Assembly: GCA_003215415.1 (NCBI GenBank)
Contig: QCKK01000002.1
Span: 49,914 to 113,913, forward strand
Length of the DNA stretch: 64,000 bases
Reading direction: 5' to 3'
Source of the DNA: Prochlorococcus sp. AG-409-N21
GTDB taxonomy: Bacteria > Cyanobacteriota > Cyanobacteriia > PCC-6307 > Cyanobiaceae
In this document: positions 44,204 through 52,223 of the stretch, piece by piece
How the letters are laid out: each line of letters opens with the position of its first letter
How positions within the stretch are numbered: the stretch's first letter is position 1
The notes under the pieces: generated by a model
Told to the model about the DNA's origin: nothing
The model's database searches: none
The model's input: the letters and a program-made list of their open reading frames with translations, nothing else
Position numbers and translations under genes: made by a program

Positions 44204-45568
44204 ATGCATTTTTACCCCTATCCAGAGCCTATAGATAAGAGGCCTTTTTGCCTCGAACAACCTAACAAAGCGCTTTATGGCTTACCTCTTGAGGTTAAAT
44301 TTTGCAGGTCCTGCGTAATCAGCAACCAACGTCCTTCAAGTACTGCTGAATTCAAAAACGATGGCAAAGCGCCAAAACAGCCTATTAATTTCGATGAGCT
44401 AGACATATGTGATGCATGTCGTGTAAAAGAGCAAAAAACATCAATCGACTGGGACGCTAGAGAAAAGGAATTAAGAGAACTCTGTGAAAGATTTCGTCGT
44501 AACGATGGCCAATATGACTGTCTGGTACCAGGGAGTGGAGGTAAAGATAGTTTTATGCAAGCTCATTTACTTAAATATAAATATGGAATGCACCCATTAA
44601 CATGTACATGGGCACCTCATGTTTATACGGATTGGGGTTGGAAAAATCACCAGGCTTGGATACATGCAGGTTTTGACAATATCCTCTTTACTCCTAATGG
44701 AAAAGTACATCGCTTAATTACACGACTTGCCGTTGAAAATCTTTTCCATCCTTTCCAACCATTCATGCTTGGGCAAAAGAATTTGGCTCCAAAAATTGCA
44801 TCTCTCTATAACATTCCTCTAATCTTCTATGGAGAAAATGAAGCCGAATATGGCAATCCTAAAGCAGACATGGGCTCGGCCCAACGTAGCTGGGACTATT
44901 TCACAGCCGCTACTGAAGATGAGATCTTTCTAGGAGGAGCTTCTCTATCAAGACTACGTGAACTTGGCTTAGAAAAAATAGATTGGGAACCCTATATGCC
45001 TCTTGACCCATTAATGATAGAAGATAAGAAAATTGAAGTTCATTATTTAGGTTATTACGAAAAATGGCATCCTCAAAGTGCTTATTACTATGCAATAGAA
45101 CATGGAAATTTTGAAAGTTCACCTGAAAGAACTTCAGGAACCTATAGCACATACAATTCTATTGATGATCGAATTGATGATTTCCATTACCATACAACTT
45201 GGATCAAGTTTGGCATTGGTCGTGCCACATATGATGCTGCACAAGAAATTAGATCTGGAGATTTAATGAGAGAAGAAGGTGTAGCCTTAGTACAAAAATA
45301 TGATGGGGAATTTCCAGAAAGATGGGCAAAAGAAATCTTTAATTATTTAAGCTTACCTCAAAAAGATTTTCCCGTTGCTTCTACAAAGTTTGAGAAGAAT
45401 GTATTTGACAGAACTTATTACGATCTTCTCTGTGAACGCTTTCGATCGCCACATATATGGAAATGGACTGACGACAATGGTTGGGCACTTAGAAATAATG
45501 TATTTGATGCAAAATACAAAGATCAGGAAGAGGTGGCATCAAACTGGAAAGGTAATCGCGCAGCCTAA
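44204..45568 (+). CDS. N-acetyl sugar amidotransferase (PP-loop ATP pyrophosphatase; WbpG/PseA-like)
   Basis: N-terminal Cys-rich ribbon (CRSCVISNQRP...CDACR) and PP-loop PGSGGKDS, immediately followed by HisF/HisH paralogs. Confidence 0.8.
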   Translation: MHFYPYPEPIDKRPFCLEQPNKALYGLPLEVKFCRSCVISNQRPSSTAEFKNDGKAPKQPINFDELDICDACRVKEQKTSIDWDAREKELRELCERFRRNDGQYDCLVPGSGGKDSFMQAHLLKYKYGMHPLTCTWAPHVYTDWGWKNHQAWIHAGFDNILFTPNGKVHRLITRLAVENLFHPFQPFMLGQKNLAPKIASLYNIPLIFYGENEAEYGNPKADMGSAQRSWDYFTAATEDEIFLGGASLSRLRELGLEKIDWEPYMPLDPLMIEDKKIEVHYLGYYEKWHPQSAYYYAIEHGNFESSPERTSGTYSTYNSIDDRIDDFHYHTTWIKFGIGRATYDAAQEIRSGDLMREEGVALVQKYDGEFPERWAKEIFNYLSLPQKDFPVASTKFEKNVFDRTYYDLLCERFRSPHIWKWTDDNGWALRNNVFDAKYKDQEEVASNWKGNRAA

Positions 45569-45573
45569 TTTTC

Positions 45574-47007
45574 ATGGCTCTCTGCAAACGCTTGATTGCA
45601 CGTCTGGATGTAAAAGGTAATCGCTTAATAAAAGGTATTCGATTTGAAGGCCTACGAGTACTTGGAGATGCTTGTGAGGCAGCCTTAAACTATGATCGAG
45701 CAGGTGCCGACGAGCTCCTTTATATCGATGCAGTAGCCAGTCTTTATGGAAGAAATAGTCTTTCAGAAATACTTCGCCGTACTAGTCAAGAAGTATTCAT
45801 CCCAATCACTGCCGGGGGCGGAGTAAGAAGCGTCAAAGATGCAGGTGAACTTCTTAGTGCTGGCGCAGATAAAATTGCCATTAATACAGCCGCACTAGAA
45901 AGACCTGAATTAATAACAGAGCTCGCCAGAGCATTCGGAAGTCAATGTGTAGTCGTCTCAATCCAAGCACGTCGACGAAATAGTGCAGGAGAGTGGGAAG
46001 CCATGGCAGAAGCTGGACGTGAAAAAAGTGGCCGAGATGTTCTTAATTGGCTTCAAGAAGTTCAAGATCTTGGCGCAGGCGAATTGCTCCTAACATCCGT
46101 TGATCAAGATGGAACATGCTCTGGACCTGATAAATTGCTAAATAGCGAAGCAATGCAATTAGCCAAAGTACCCTTAGTTGTTGGTGGTGGCTTTAGTCAT
46201 TCTGAAGAGATAAATGATGCACTCATGTCGCCAAGAATTAGTGGGGTAGGTATTGGAGCAGCTCTGCACAATAAAAAAATCGGATTTGAATCAATCAAAC
46301 AATTTTTAGGTGCTTCTGATTTGCCTATTCGTCAAACTCTAGTGAATTTGCAAAACTTGAACACCTCAAATTCTTTATGTAAGCGCAAAATAGGAGTGAT
46401 TGATTATGGCATGGGCAACCAACAAAGTTTAATCAATGCACTTAATTCACTAGGAGCAATAGTGAATTTAAGCAATAACTTCTCTGAATTAGATGACTGT
46501 GAATTATTAGCTCTTCCTGGTGTCGGTTCCTTCCCTGAAGGAATGGCACAATTATCTAGACGTGGATTAGATCTATATCTACAACAATGGGTAAAAAGCA
46601 AGAAACCTTTACTTGGAATTTGTCTTGGTATGCAGATGTTGTTCAATCAAGGTGAAGAATTTAGACCTACCAAAGGCCTTGGACTTATAGATGGACATGT
46701 AACTCAGCTACCAAATATTGACAAAGATGGAAATTCATTGGTTTTACCTCACGTAGGCTGGAACAGAATTCTTTCTAGTCCAATTACGACAGAGGGCATT
46801 ATTCCACTCAACCAATATTTTGTTCATAGTTATGCAGTACAAGCTGTTCCAGCCGAACAAATCATTCATTTATGCAAATATGGTCATCAAATATTTATTG
46901 CTTCAGTAAAAAAAGATTATGTAGCAGGTTTCCAATTTCACCCCGAACGTAGTGGCACTGAAGGCTTAAATCTATTGGCAAAAACAATACAGGAGCTTTT
47001 GAAATAA
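45574..47007 (+). CDS. Imidazole-glycerol-phosphate-synthase-like bifunctional protein, HisF (cyclase) domain fused N-terminal to HisH (glutaminase) domain
   Basis: The HisF part has RLDVKGNRLIKG, AGGGVRS and SVDQDGT. The HisH part has IGVIDYGMGN, GICLGMQ (nucleophile Cys) and FQFHPERS. It is a single ORF. Confidence 0.88.
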   Translation: MALCKRLIARLDVKGNRLIKGIRFEGLRVLGDACEAALNYDRAGADELLYIDAVASLYGRNSLSEILRRTSQEVFIPITAGGGVRSVKDAGELLSAGADKIAINTAALERPELITELARAFGSQCVVVSIQARRRNSAGEWEAMAEAGREKSGRDVLNWLQEVQDLGAGELLLTSVDQDGTCSGPDKLLNSEAMQLAKVPLVVGGGFSHSEEINDALMSPRISGVGIGAALHNKKIGFESIKQFLGASDLPIRQTLVNLQNLNTSNSLCKRKIGVIDYGMGNQQSLINALNSLGAIVNLSNNFSELDDCELLALPGVGSFPEGMAQLSRRGLDLYLQQWVKSKKPLLGICLGMQMLFNQGEEFRPTKGLGLIDGHVTQLPNIDKDGNSLVLPHVGWNRILSSPITTEGIIPLNQYFVHSYAVQAVPAEQIIHLCKYGHQIFIASVKKDYVAGFQFHPERSGTEGLNLLAKTIQELLK

Positions 47008-48065
47008 TGATCCATCGCACACGTGTTGATGATTGGTTCACAATCACTCTCAATGAAGACGACTCATTTGCAGCAGCACTAAATGTAATGAGTATCGGTG
47101 GCTATCAACTATGTCTCGTACGAAAAAATAATGGTGGATTAGCAGGAATGGTTACTGATAGTGATATTCGTAAAGCTCTTCTTAAAGGTGTGGCCTTAGA
47201 ACAAAACGTCTGTGAAGTAATGAACGGGTCTCCGCTAGTTGTATCACCAGAACTAGGCGAAGCAGAAGCTCATCAACTAATGCTTATAAATCATTTCTTC
47301 CATCTCCCAATTGTTGATCATAAAGGTCAATTAGTTGGTTTACATGTTGCTCAGCAGCTATGTTCTCCGGAACCTCTCAAAGAAACTCTTGTAATTATGG
47401 CTGGTGGAAGGGGTAAACGTTTAATGCCATTAACTGCAAATATCCCAAAACCAATGCTGCCACTCCATGGGAAACCAATTCTCGAACACATTATCGAGAA
47501 AGCAAAGCTTGATGGATTTCAAAAGATCGTAATTTCAGTTAATTACTTAAGTGAAGTCATTACAAATCACTTTGGGAATGGTGAATCGCATGGGGTAGCA
47601 ATTGAATATCTACATGAGAAACAACCGCTAGGTACAGCTGGTGCCTTGGGAAGTTTGAAAAATGAAACCCGACAACAACCTGTAGTCGTTACTAATGGAG
47701 ATGTAATTACTGATGTTGCATACTCAGACTTATTAAACCTAATGCAAAGCGAAAGATCTGATGGTGTAATGGCTGTACGACTCCAAGAATGGCAAAATCC
47801 ATTTGGAGTAGTGCATAGCGAAGGATCGACGCTACTAGGTGTTGAAGAAAAACCTATTAATAGGCATCAAGTGAATGCTGGAATGTATGTACTAGGACCT
47901 GCCTTGATAGATTTATTAGTTCCAAATATCTACTGCGATATGCCTGATTTATTTAGTCTTGGTCTTAAGGAGAACCTTAAGTTAAATATATTTCCACTAC
48001 ATGAATCTTGGCTGGATATTGGAAGACCTGATGACTATAAAGCTGCTGGCGGGGCAGTTCTCTAA
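47007..48065 (+). CDS. CBS-pair + sugar-phosphate nucleotidyltransferase (PtmE-like)
   Basis: An N-terminal CBS pair is followed by VIMAGGRGKRLMPLT...KPMLPL, the NTP-transferase motif. Confidence 0.85.
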   Translation: MIHRTRVDDWFTITLNEDDSFAAALNVMSIGGYQLCLVRKNNGGLAGMVTDSDIRKALLKGVALEQNVCEVMNGSPLVVSPELGEAEAHQLMLINHFFHLPIVDHKGQLVGLHVAQQLCSPEPLKETLVIMAGGRGKRLMPLTANIPKPMLPLHGKPILEHIIEKAKLDGFQKIVISVNYLSEVITNHFGNGESHGVAIEYLHEKQPLGTAGALGSLKNETRQQPVVVTNGDVITDVAYSDLLNLMQSERSDGVMAVRLQEWQNPFGVVHSEGSTLLGVEEKPINRHQVNAGMYVLGPALIDLLVPNIYCDMPDLFSLGLKENLKLNIFPLHESWLDIGRPDDYKAAGGAVL

Positions 48066-48077
48066 ATTTTTACCAAA

Positions 48078-49013
48078 TCAGTCAATTCGAGGAATCTCAG
48101 TTGTAGACATATAGCTTGATTGACCAACATACCCAAGACTTACATTACTGCGTTTTGCAAATTGACAAAGCAATTTAAAACCTCTATCAAATTCCATTAA
48201 ATAATCCTTTCCACCTACAGCTGATTTTTGCATGAGAATATTTTTAGTAAAATCTTGGACTCTGTGAGCAGTAGATCTTTTCATTTCCCCTAGACGTTCA
48301 TTACGACCATCCCACTCAGCAAGCCAAGGATTAGTAGAGTTAAGACAACGAACAATCTCTAAAATCAAATCAGAGTTACCACTAAAGAAGTAATCCGGGT
48401 TATGCGGATCAACAGCCGTAAACACTAGCTGTTTTGCTCCCAACCAAATCATCACCATAGAGTTAAGGAAAATTGTATTTCTTACGGACGGCAAATATGG
48501 AGCTAACCCCACAGCTCTGGTATTAATCAAATTATCAATATCTTCAGCTGAAGGTCTACCAGCTTGACCCTTCCAAGCTTTTAGCATATAAGGATCTGAC
48601 CATCGAATCGTAAAACTTCTCTTGATGCAAGGAGGTACCTTGCTATAGACCCCATGGATTAACAACAAGGGAATTCGTTGAGCATGAAGAGCTGCCTCAA
48701 GTGGTGCAGTATGAGTCGAGGTAATTACATCAATAGGAATCTCTGGATTGAAATTTGTCCAATGAACACCTGTTCGTAGCCAACTTTTAGTTTGAGCAAC
48801 AATTTGATCTAAACCAATTTGCTTCCCAGCTCCAGCAATTAAAACATTAGGTTTTTTTTGTAAGGTTGCTTGTAATTGCTTCATCTTCAATGCATTAAAA
48901 CGATAAGCATCATTCCAATGTGCAATATTAGTTTTGAAGTCTTTTTCTCGTTTTTGTGATGCTTTGGCTAAAGCTTGTCCAAATTTAGTTAGCGTCTCAA
49001 GATTGTTACTCAT
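48078..49013 (-). CDS. Hypothetical protein; possible DUF115/Maf- or GT42-like nonulosonate transferase
   Basis: An intact 311-aa ORF. NVLIAGAGKQIGLD resembles the N-terminal IIAGNGPSL-type motif of CstII/Maf-like enzymes, with a later WLGAKQLVFTAVD segment. Weak by-eye similarity only. Confidence 0.4.
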   Translation of the reverse strand: MSNNLETLTKFGQALAKASQKREKDFKTNIAHWNDAYRFNALKMKQLQATLQKKPNVLIAGAGKQIGLDQIVAQTKSWLRTGVHWTNFNPEIPIDVITSTHTAPLEAALHAQRIPLLLIHGVYSKVPPCIKRSFTIRWSDPYMLKAWKGQAGRPSAEDIDNLINTRAVGLAPYLPSVRNTIFLNSMVMIWLGAKQLVFTAVDPHNPDYFFSGNSDLILEIVRCLNSTNPWLAEWDGRNERLGEMKRSTAHRVQDFTKNILMQKSAVGGKDYLMEFDRGFKLLCQFAKRSNVSLGYVGQSSYMSTTEIPRID

Positions 49014-50254
49014 GGTTTAACAATAAGCGAGTCAATCAGTGATAACTGCCGTTCCAAGCATATTGATAATTCATATGACTTAACGCTCGACCTTGCTTGA
49101 TCACGAAGTGCCTGTGTACTTCCACTCTTAGATAATGCAACAAGGATGGTCTCAGCCAAAGCGGATGCATTTTGAAATGGAACTAAGAAGCCATTTTTAC
49201 CATGAGTAATAACCTCTTCTACTGGCGCAGTCGAACTCCCAATGATCAAACATCCACAACTCATAGCTTCCAAAAGACTCCAACTCAAAACAAATGGATA
49301 ACTAAAATAAACGTGTGCAGCACTAACTTGATAAATAAGCCTTAATTGCTGATGTGGAATAGTTCCAAGAGAGTGAGTACGTTTCCAATCAATCTCAAAA
49401 TTACTTTGCTCCTTTATCGCAGTTAACCATCCCTTGCCATCTTTACGAGAAGCTCCATAACTCACATGAGGAGTATCTTTACCAACTAATAGAGCTTGAA
49501 CACTGGAATGCTTCCTTTGAACAATTGATAGCGCTTCCATAAAAATATGGATACCTCGATAAGGCTCGAATGTTCGGTTGACAAACGTAATGATTGGATC
49601 ACCCGCTTTGAATTCGAGACCATTAGATAATTGCAGATGAGCATTTAAATCTGGATGCATCCATTCCGTATTGATCCCATCATGTATTTCCGTGGTTTTC
49701 AACTGGGCCCAAGACGGAAGAACGCTCTTTTGAAATTTAGTTGGAGTAAGTCCCCATGTCATTTGGTTCAAATTGAGCAATAAATTCGCATTCTTCATTC
49801 TTGTTCTTGCTAGCTCATGCAAATCTTTGGTAGGGGAATGAATGTCTTGGATATCATCATCAGTACCAGCTTGACAGTGAAAAAACTCCACATAATGCAA
49901 TTGCGGAATATTTGGCCAAATATCTGAAATAAAAAGCATATCCCCCCATCCAGGATGTCCCAAAATGAGATCTGGACAATAACCTTCTCTCTTGAGGGCT
50001 AATGCTGCGCGAGCCGCAGCTTCTCCTCGCAAAATTTTACTTTCTGTCTCAAGAGCTAATGGGTGTGTATCCCTGCCATTACCGCGAGAAAGAAAATAAG
50101 TATGTTGATAAAAACCAGCATGAATAAAGGTACAAGAATCCTTTGATTTTTTTCTTCTAGAAATGGTATGTACTTGATCTCCACGTTTCAGCAATTGAGG
50201 AACCAAATGCTTAAACTGACCAGGAAAATTTGGATGAATACACAAGAGATTCAA
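49010..50254 (-). CDS. Glycosyltransferase family 4 (GT-B), paralog of 52224..53399
   Basis: SWSLLEAMSCGCLIIGS...GKNGFLV is the GT4 EX7E region. It shares NFPGQFKHL/NFPAQFRHI and PYRG/PMRG blocks with the other copy. Confidence 0.8.
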   Translation of the reverse strand: MNLLCIHPNFPGQFKHLVPQLLKRGDQVHTISRRKKSKDSCTFIHAGFYQHTYFLSRGNGRDTHPLALETESKILRGEAAARAALALKREGYCPDLILGHPGWGDMLFISDIWPNIPQLHYVEFFHCQAGTDDDIQDIHSPTKDLHELARTRMKNANLLLNLNQMTWGLTPTKFQKSVLPSWAQLKTTEIHDGINTEWMHPDLNAHLQLSNGLEFKAGDPIITFVNRTFEPYRGIHIFMEALSIVQRKHSSVQALLVGKDTPHVSYGASRKDGKGWLTAIKEQSNFEIDWKRTHSLGTIPHQQLRLIYQVSAAHVYFSYPFVLSWSLLEAMSCGCLIIGSSTAPVEEVITHGKNGFLVPFQNASALAETILVALSKSGSTQALRDQARSSVKSYELSICLERQLSLIDSLIVKP

Positions 50255-50413
50255 AATAAGAATCCTCAGATCAACTAAAAAAGGCGTTGAGCAAGATATA
50301 AGGGCTCCGCCCTAGAGATTGATTACTACCAGCAATAATTTCAATCATAAAAACCAGGGAGTGACTAGCTGATAAAAATCATAGAGATCTAACACGGAAA
50401 TTTAATTGCAAAT

Positions 50414-50445
50414 AAAAAGGCCCCTGCATTGCAGGGGCCTTTTTA
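50414..50445 (-). terminator. Rho-independent terminator (bidirectional-looking hairpin) downstream of the repeat-protein gene
   Basis: AAAAAGGCCCCTGC-ATT-GCAGGGGCCTTTTT is a perfect 9-bp GC-rich stem with a 3-nt loop and A/T runs on both sides. It lies 28 nt after the stop at 50473..50475. Confidence 0.85.
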
Positions 50446-50472
50446 TTAGATGAATCTGAACTGACTGACTAA

Positions 50473-52170
50473 TTAGCCTAGGTTCAGAGTCATGTCCTGG
50501 CTATTTGAAATAGTCAAGGAAGCATCGTTGATACCACCGGAGATGGTTGCACTACCAACCTTGACTACCAAGTTTGCATCGCTGCCCTTAACGAAGAGGT
50601 ATGCATTGTTGCTGCCGTCTACGAATACAGCTGCTCCACCATTTGAAGTGATGTTTGTATCAAGTGCGGAAACACGTGAAGTTACATCAGTTGAGTAAGT
50701 AGAGGTAAAGACAACCCGACCGGCACTGGCTGTTACATCAGAAGCAGAGAAGGTAGCTACTGAAGCATTCGCTGGTACCCAGTTGAACTTGTAGAAACCA
50801 GACACAGAGGCTGTAACACTTGCAGCAACAGTGTCATAGGCACTGATAACTGAATCAGTAGCAGTGTTGTACTCAAGAACTATCAGAGCTGTGTCATTGT
50901 TCTCGATTGCAGCACTACCTAGGAGATAGTCAGCTCCAGCTCCACCATAAAGAGTGCTAGCAGAGAACTGATCACCAGATCCAAGGTTGGCACTGAGATA
51001 GATGCTGTCGTTACCTTTTCCAAGCTTGATTGTGGAAGAAAGTACCTCCGCAATTCTATCGAAATACACCTTGTCATCACCAGCTCCCATTCCGAGTGTG
51101 GAGCTTTGGAGTAATGAGTCGTTAGTCGCAGTAAAGACGTCGTTACCAGCATTCATGCTGATGAAGTTTCCACTACCACCACTAGCCTGGAAGCTCAGAC
51201 TGTCATTACCACCACCACCGTAGATGGTTGAGGAAATGAAGCCATTACCAGCAACTGTGATTAGATCTGCACCATCATCTGTCGCATTGCTGTTCTCATT
51301 TCTGTCACCAGCAACAACTGAAGCAACAGCACTACCAGCACCAATACTGATGAACTCAATAGTGTCATTGCCCTTACCACCAGCAAGTGTGGAGGTAGTG
51401 AAAGCATTAACAACGTCACCAGAGAAAATATCGTTACCTGCGCCTAGGCCGATGTAGGAACCACCTTGGAAGTTTGCACTATCAACGGTGATCTTGTCGT
51501 TACCAGCATTGAGGTTTGCACTGAAAGCAGTGAAGGTAGATCCACCATCAAGAACTATGGTGTCATTACCCTTACCACCTTGAAGATCACTCTTCGCAAC
51601 GGTTGCACCAGCATTAGTTGATGTACTGAAGTTTCCATCAACGTTGGTAGCCCAACCGACCCAGTCATTGCCATCACCTGCGGCAAATGTGGAAGCAGAG
51701 GCTCTAGTTAATGATGTACCAAGAGCAATGGTGTCATTACCAGCGTTGGTTTGTAGAAGAGAACCATTAACTACGCGAATAGCCTGGTCAGAAGTTACGA
51801 CGCCTGTAATTGAGGCAGTAATAACATTCGAACCAGTCAGGTTGCCTGTAGCAATTTTGGTGTAGGTAGCAGAACCGTAAACAATCGCGGTGACAACACT
51901 AGAAAGGCCATCTGCCGCTCCACTGTTGTTTAGGCCAGCTCCACTAACCCTTGCTGATGCCCACGCAGTTCTACCAACAGCACCAAGGCTGATCATGTCA
52001 TTTCCGTCACCACCGTAAAGGTTGTTAGCAGTAAGGAGTGTTCCGCCTAGACCGTTTACATCAAAGGTGTCGTTTGTCGAACCTGCACTAACAGTGAGGC
52101 CAGCTGATGGGATGCCGTAATAGGCCATGGATGTGAATCGAGGGCCTGGCCCCCTGGAAACGTAACGCAC
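50473..52170 (-). CDS. Secreted-type repeat protein with hemolysin/RTX-like GxGND calcium-binding-type motifs (candidate T1SS cargo or surface-layer protein)
   Basis: Twelve to thirteen G-x-G-N/D-D motifs (GGDGNDMI, NAGNDTI, AGDGNDWV, GGKGNDTI, NAGNDKI, GAGNDIF, GGKGNDTI, GGGGNDSL, NAGNDVF, GAGDDKV, GKGNDSI, GAGADYL). There is no Cys or His, it is very rich in G/S/T/A/N/D, and there is no signal peptide. The C-terminal ~150 aa lack repeats. The track start is GTG 52170; an in-frame ATG at 52128 (MAYYGIPSAG...) is an alternative. Confidence 0.75.
   Translation of the reverse strand: MRYVSRGPGPRFTSMAYYGIPSAGLTVSAGSTNDTFDVNGLGGTLLTANNLYGGDGNDMISLGAVGRTAWASARVSGAGLNNSGAADGLSSVVTAIVYGSATYTKIATGNLTGSNVITASITGVVTSDQAIRVVNGSLLQTNAGNDTIALGTSLTRASASTFAAGDGNDWVGWATNVDGNFSTSTNAGATVAKSDLQGGKGNDTIVLDGGSTFTAFSANLNAGNDKITVDSANFQGGSYIGLGAGNDIFSGDVVNAFTTSTLAGGKGNDTIEFISIGAGSAVASVVAGDRNENSNATDDGADLITVAGNGFISSTIYGGGGNDSLSFQASGGSGNFISMNAGNDVFTATNDSLLQSSTLGMGAGDDKVYFDRIAEVLSSTIKLGKGNDSIYLSANLGSGDQFSASTLYGGAGADYLLGSAAIENNDTALIVLEYNTATDSVISAYDTVAASVTASVSGFYKFNWVPANASVATFSASDVTASAGRVVFTSTYSTDVTSRVSALDTNITSNGGAAVFVDGSNNAYLFVKGSDANLVVKVGSATISGGINDASLTISNSQDMTLNLG
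50911..51753 (-). repeat. Intragenic ~21-23-residue periodic GxGND repeat array (protein-level repeat)
   Basis: Motif Asp positions in the translation: 146, 169, 203, 225, 247, 269, 302, 323, 344, 366, 388, 414. Spacings are mostly 21-23 aa. Confidence 0.7.
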
Positions 52171-52223
52171 GGATATTACTCATTGATTCCTCTACCCGTC
52201 TACTGATTAGAGACACTTCTGTG

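Noticed and set aside
37633-48065. Alternative reading of the NulO cluster as a pseudaminic acid or true sialic acid (Neu5Ac) pathway.
   Set aside because: The pseudaminic route needs PseG and PseH(GNAT)-type genes, which I do not see. Neu5Ac needs only NeuC/NeuB/NeuA, without the dehydratase, aminotransferase, acetyltransferase and CBS-NTP transferase set. The gene content fits the legionaminic route best, though only phylogeny or chemistry can settle it.
50492-51865. Several ORF-track entries inside the repeat-protein gene (50492..50698 +, 50919..51152 -, 51002..51223 +, 51224..51457 +, 51644..51865 +).
   Set aside because: They are shadow frames of a compositionally biased gene. Their translations are low-complexity P/S/L/V strings with no motifs, and the minus-strand 565-aa frame carries a coherent repeat architecture.
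52088-52183. A 31-codon minus-strand mini-ORF (MSNIRALRFQG...) with a GAGGA 4 nt upstream of its ATG, overlapping out of frame the start region of the repeat-protein gene. It could be a leader peptide or uORF.
   Set aside because: It is too short, has no recognisable features, and I cannot test its conservation. It most likely occurs by chance in the 5' UTR or start region.
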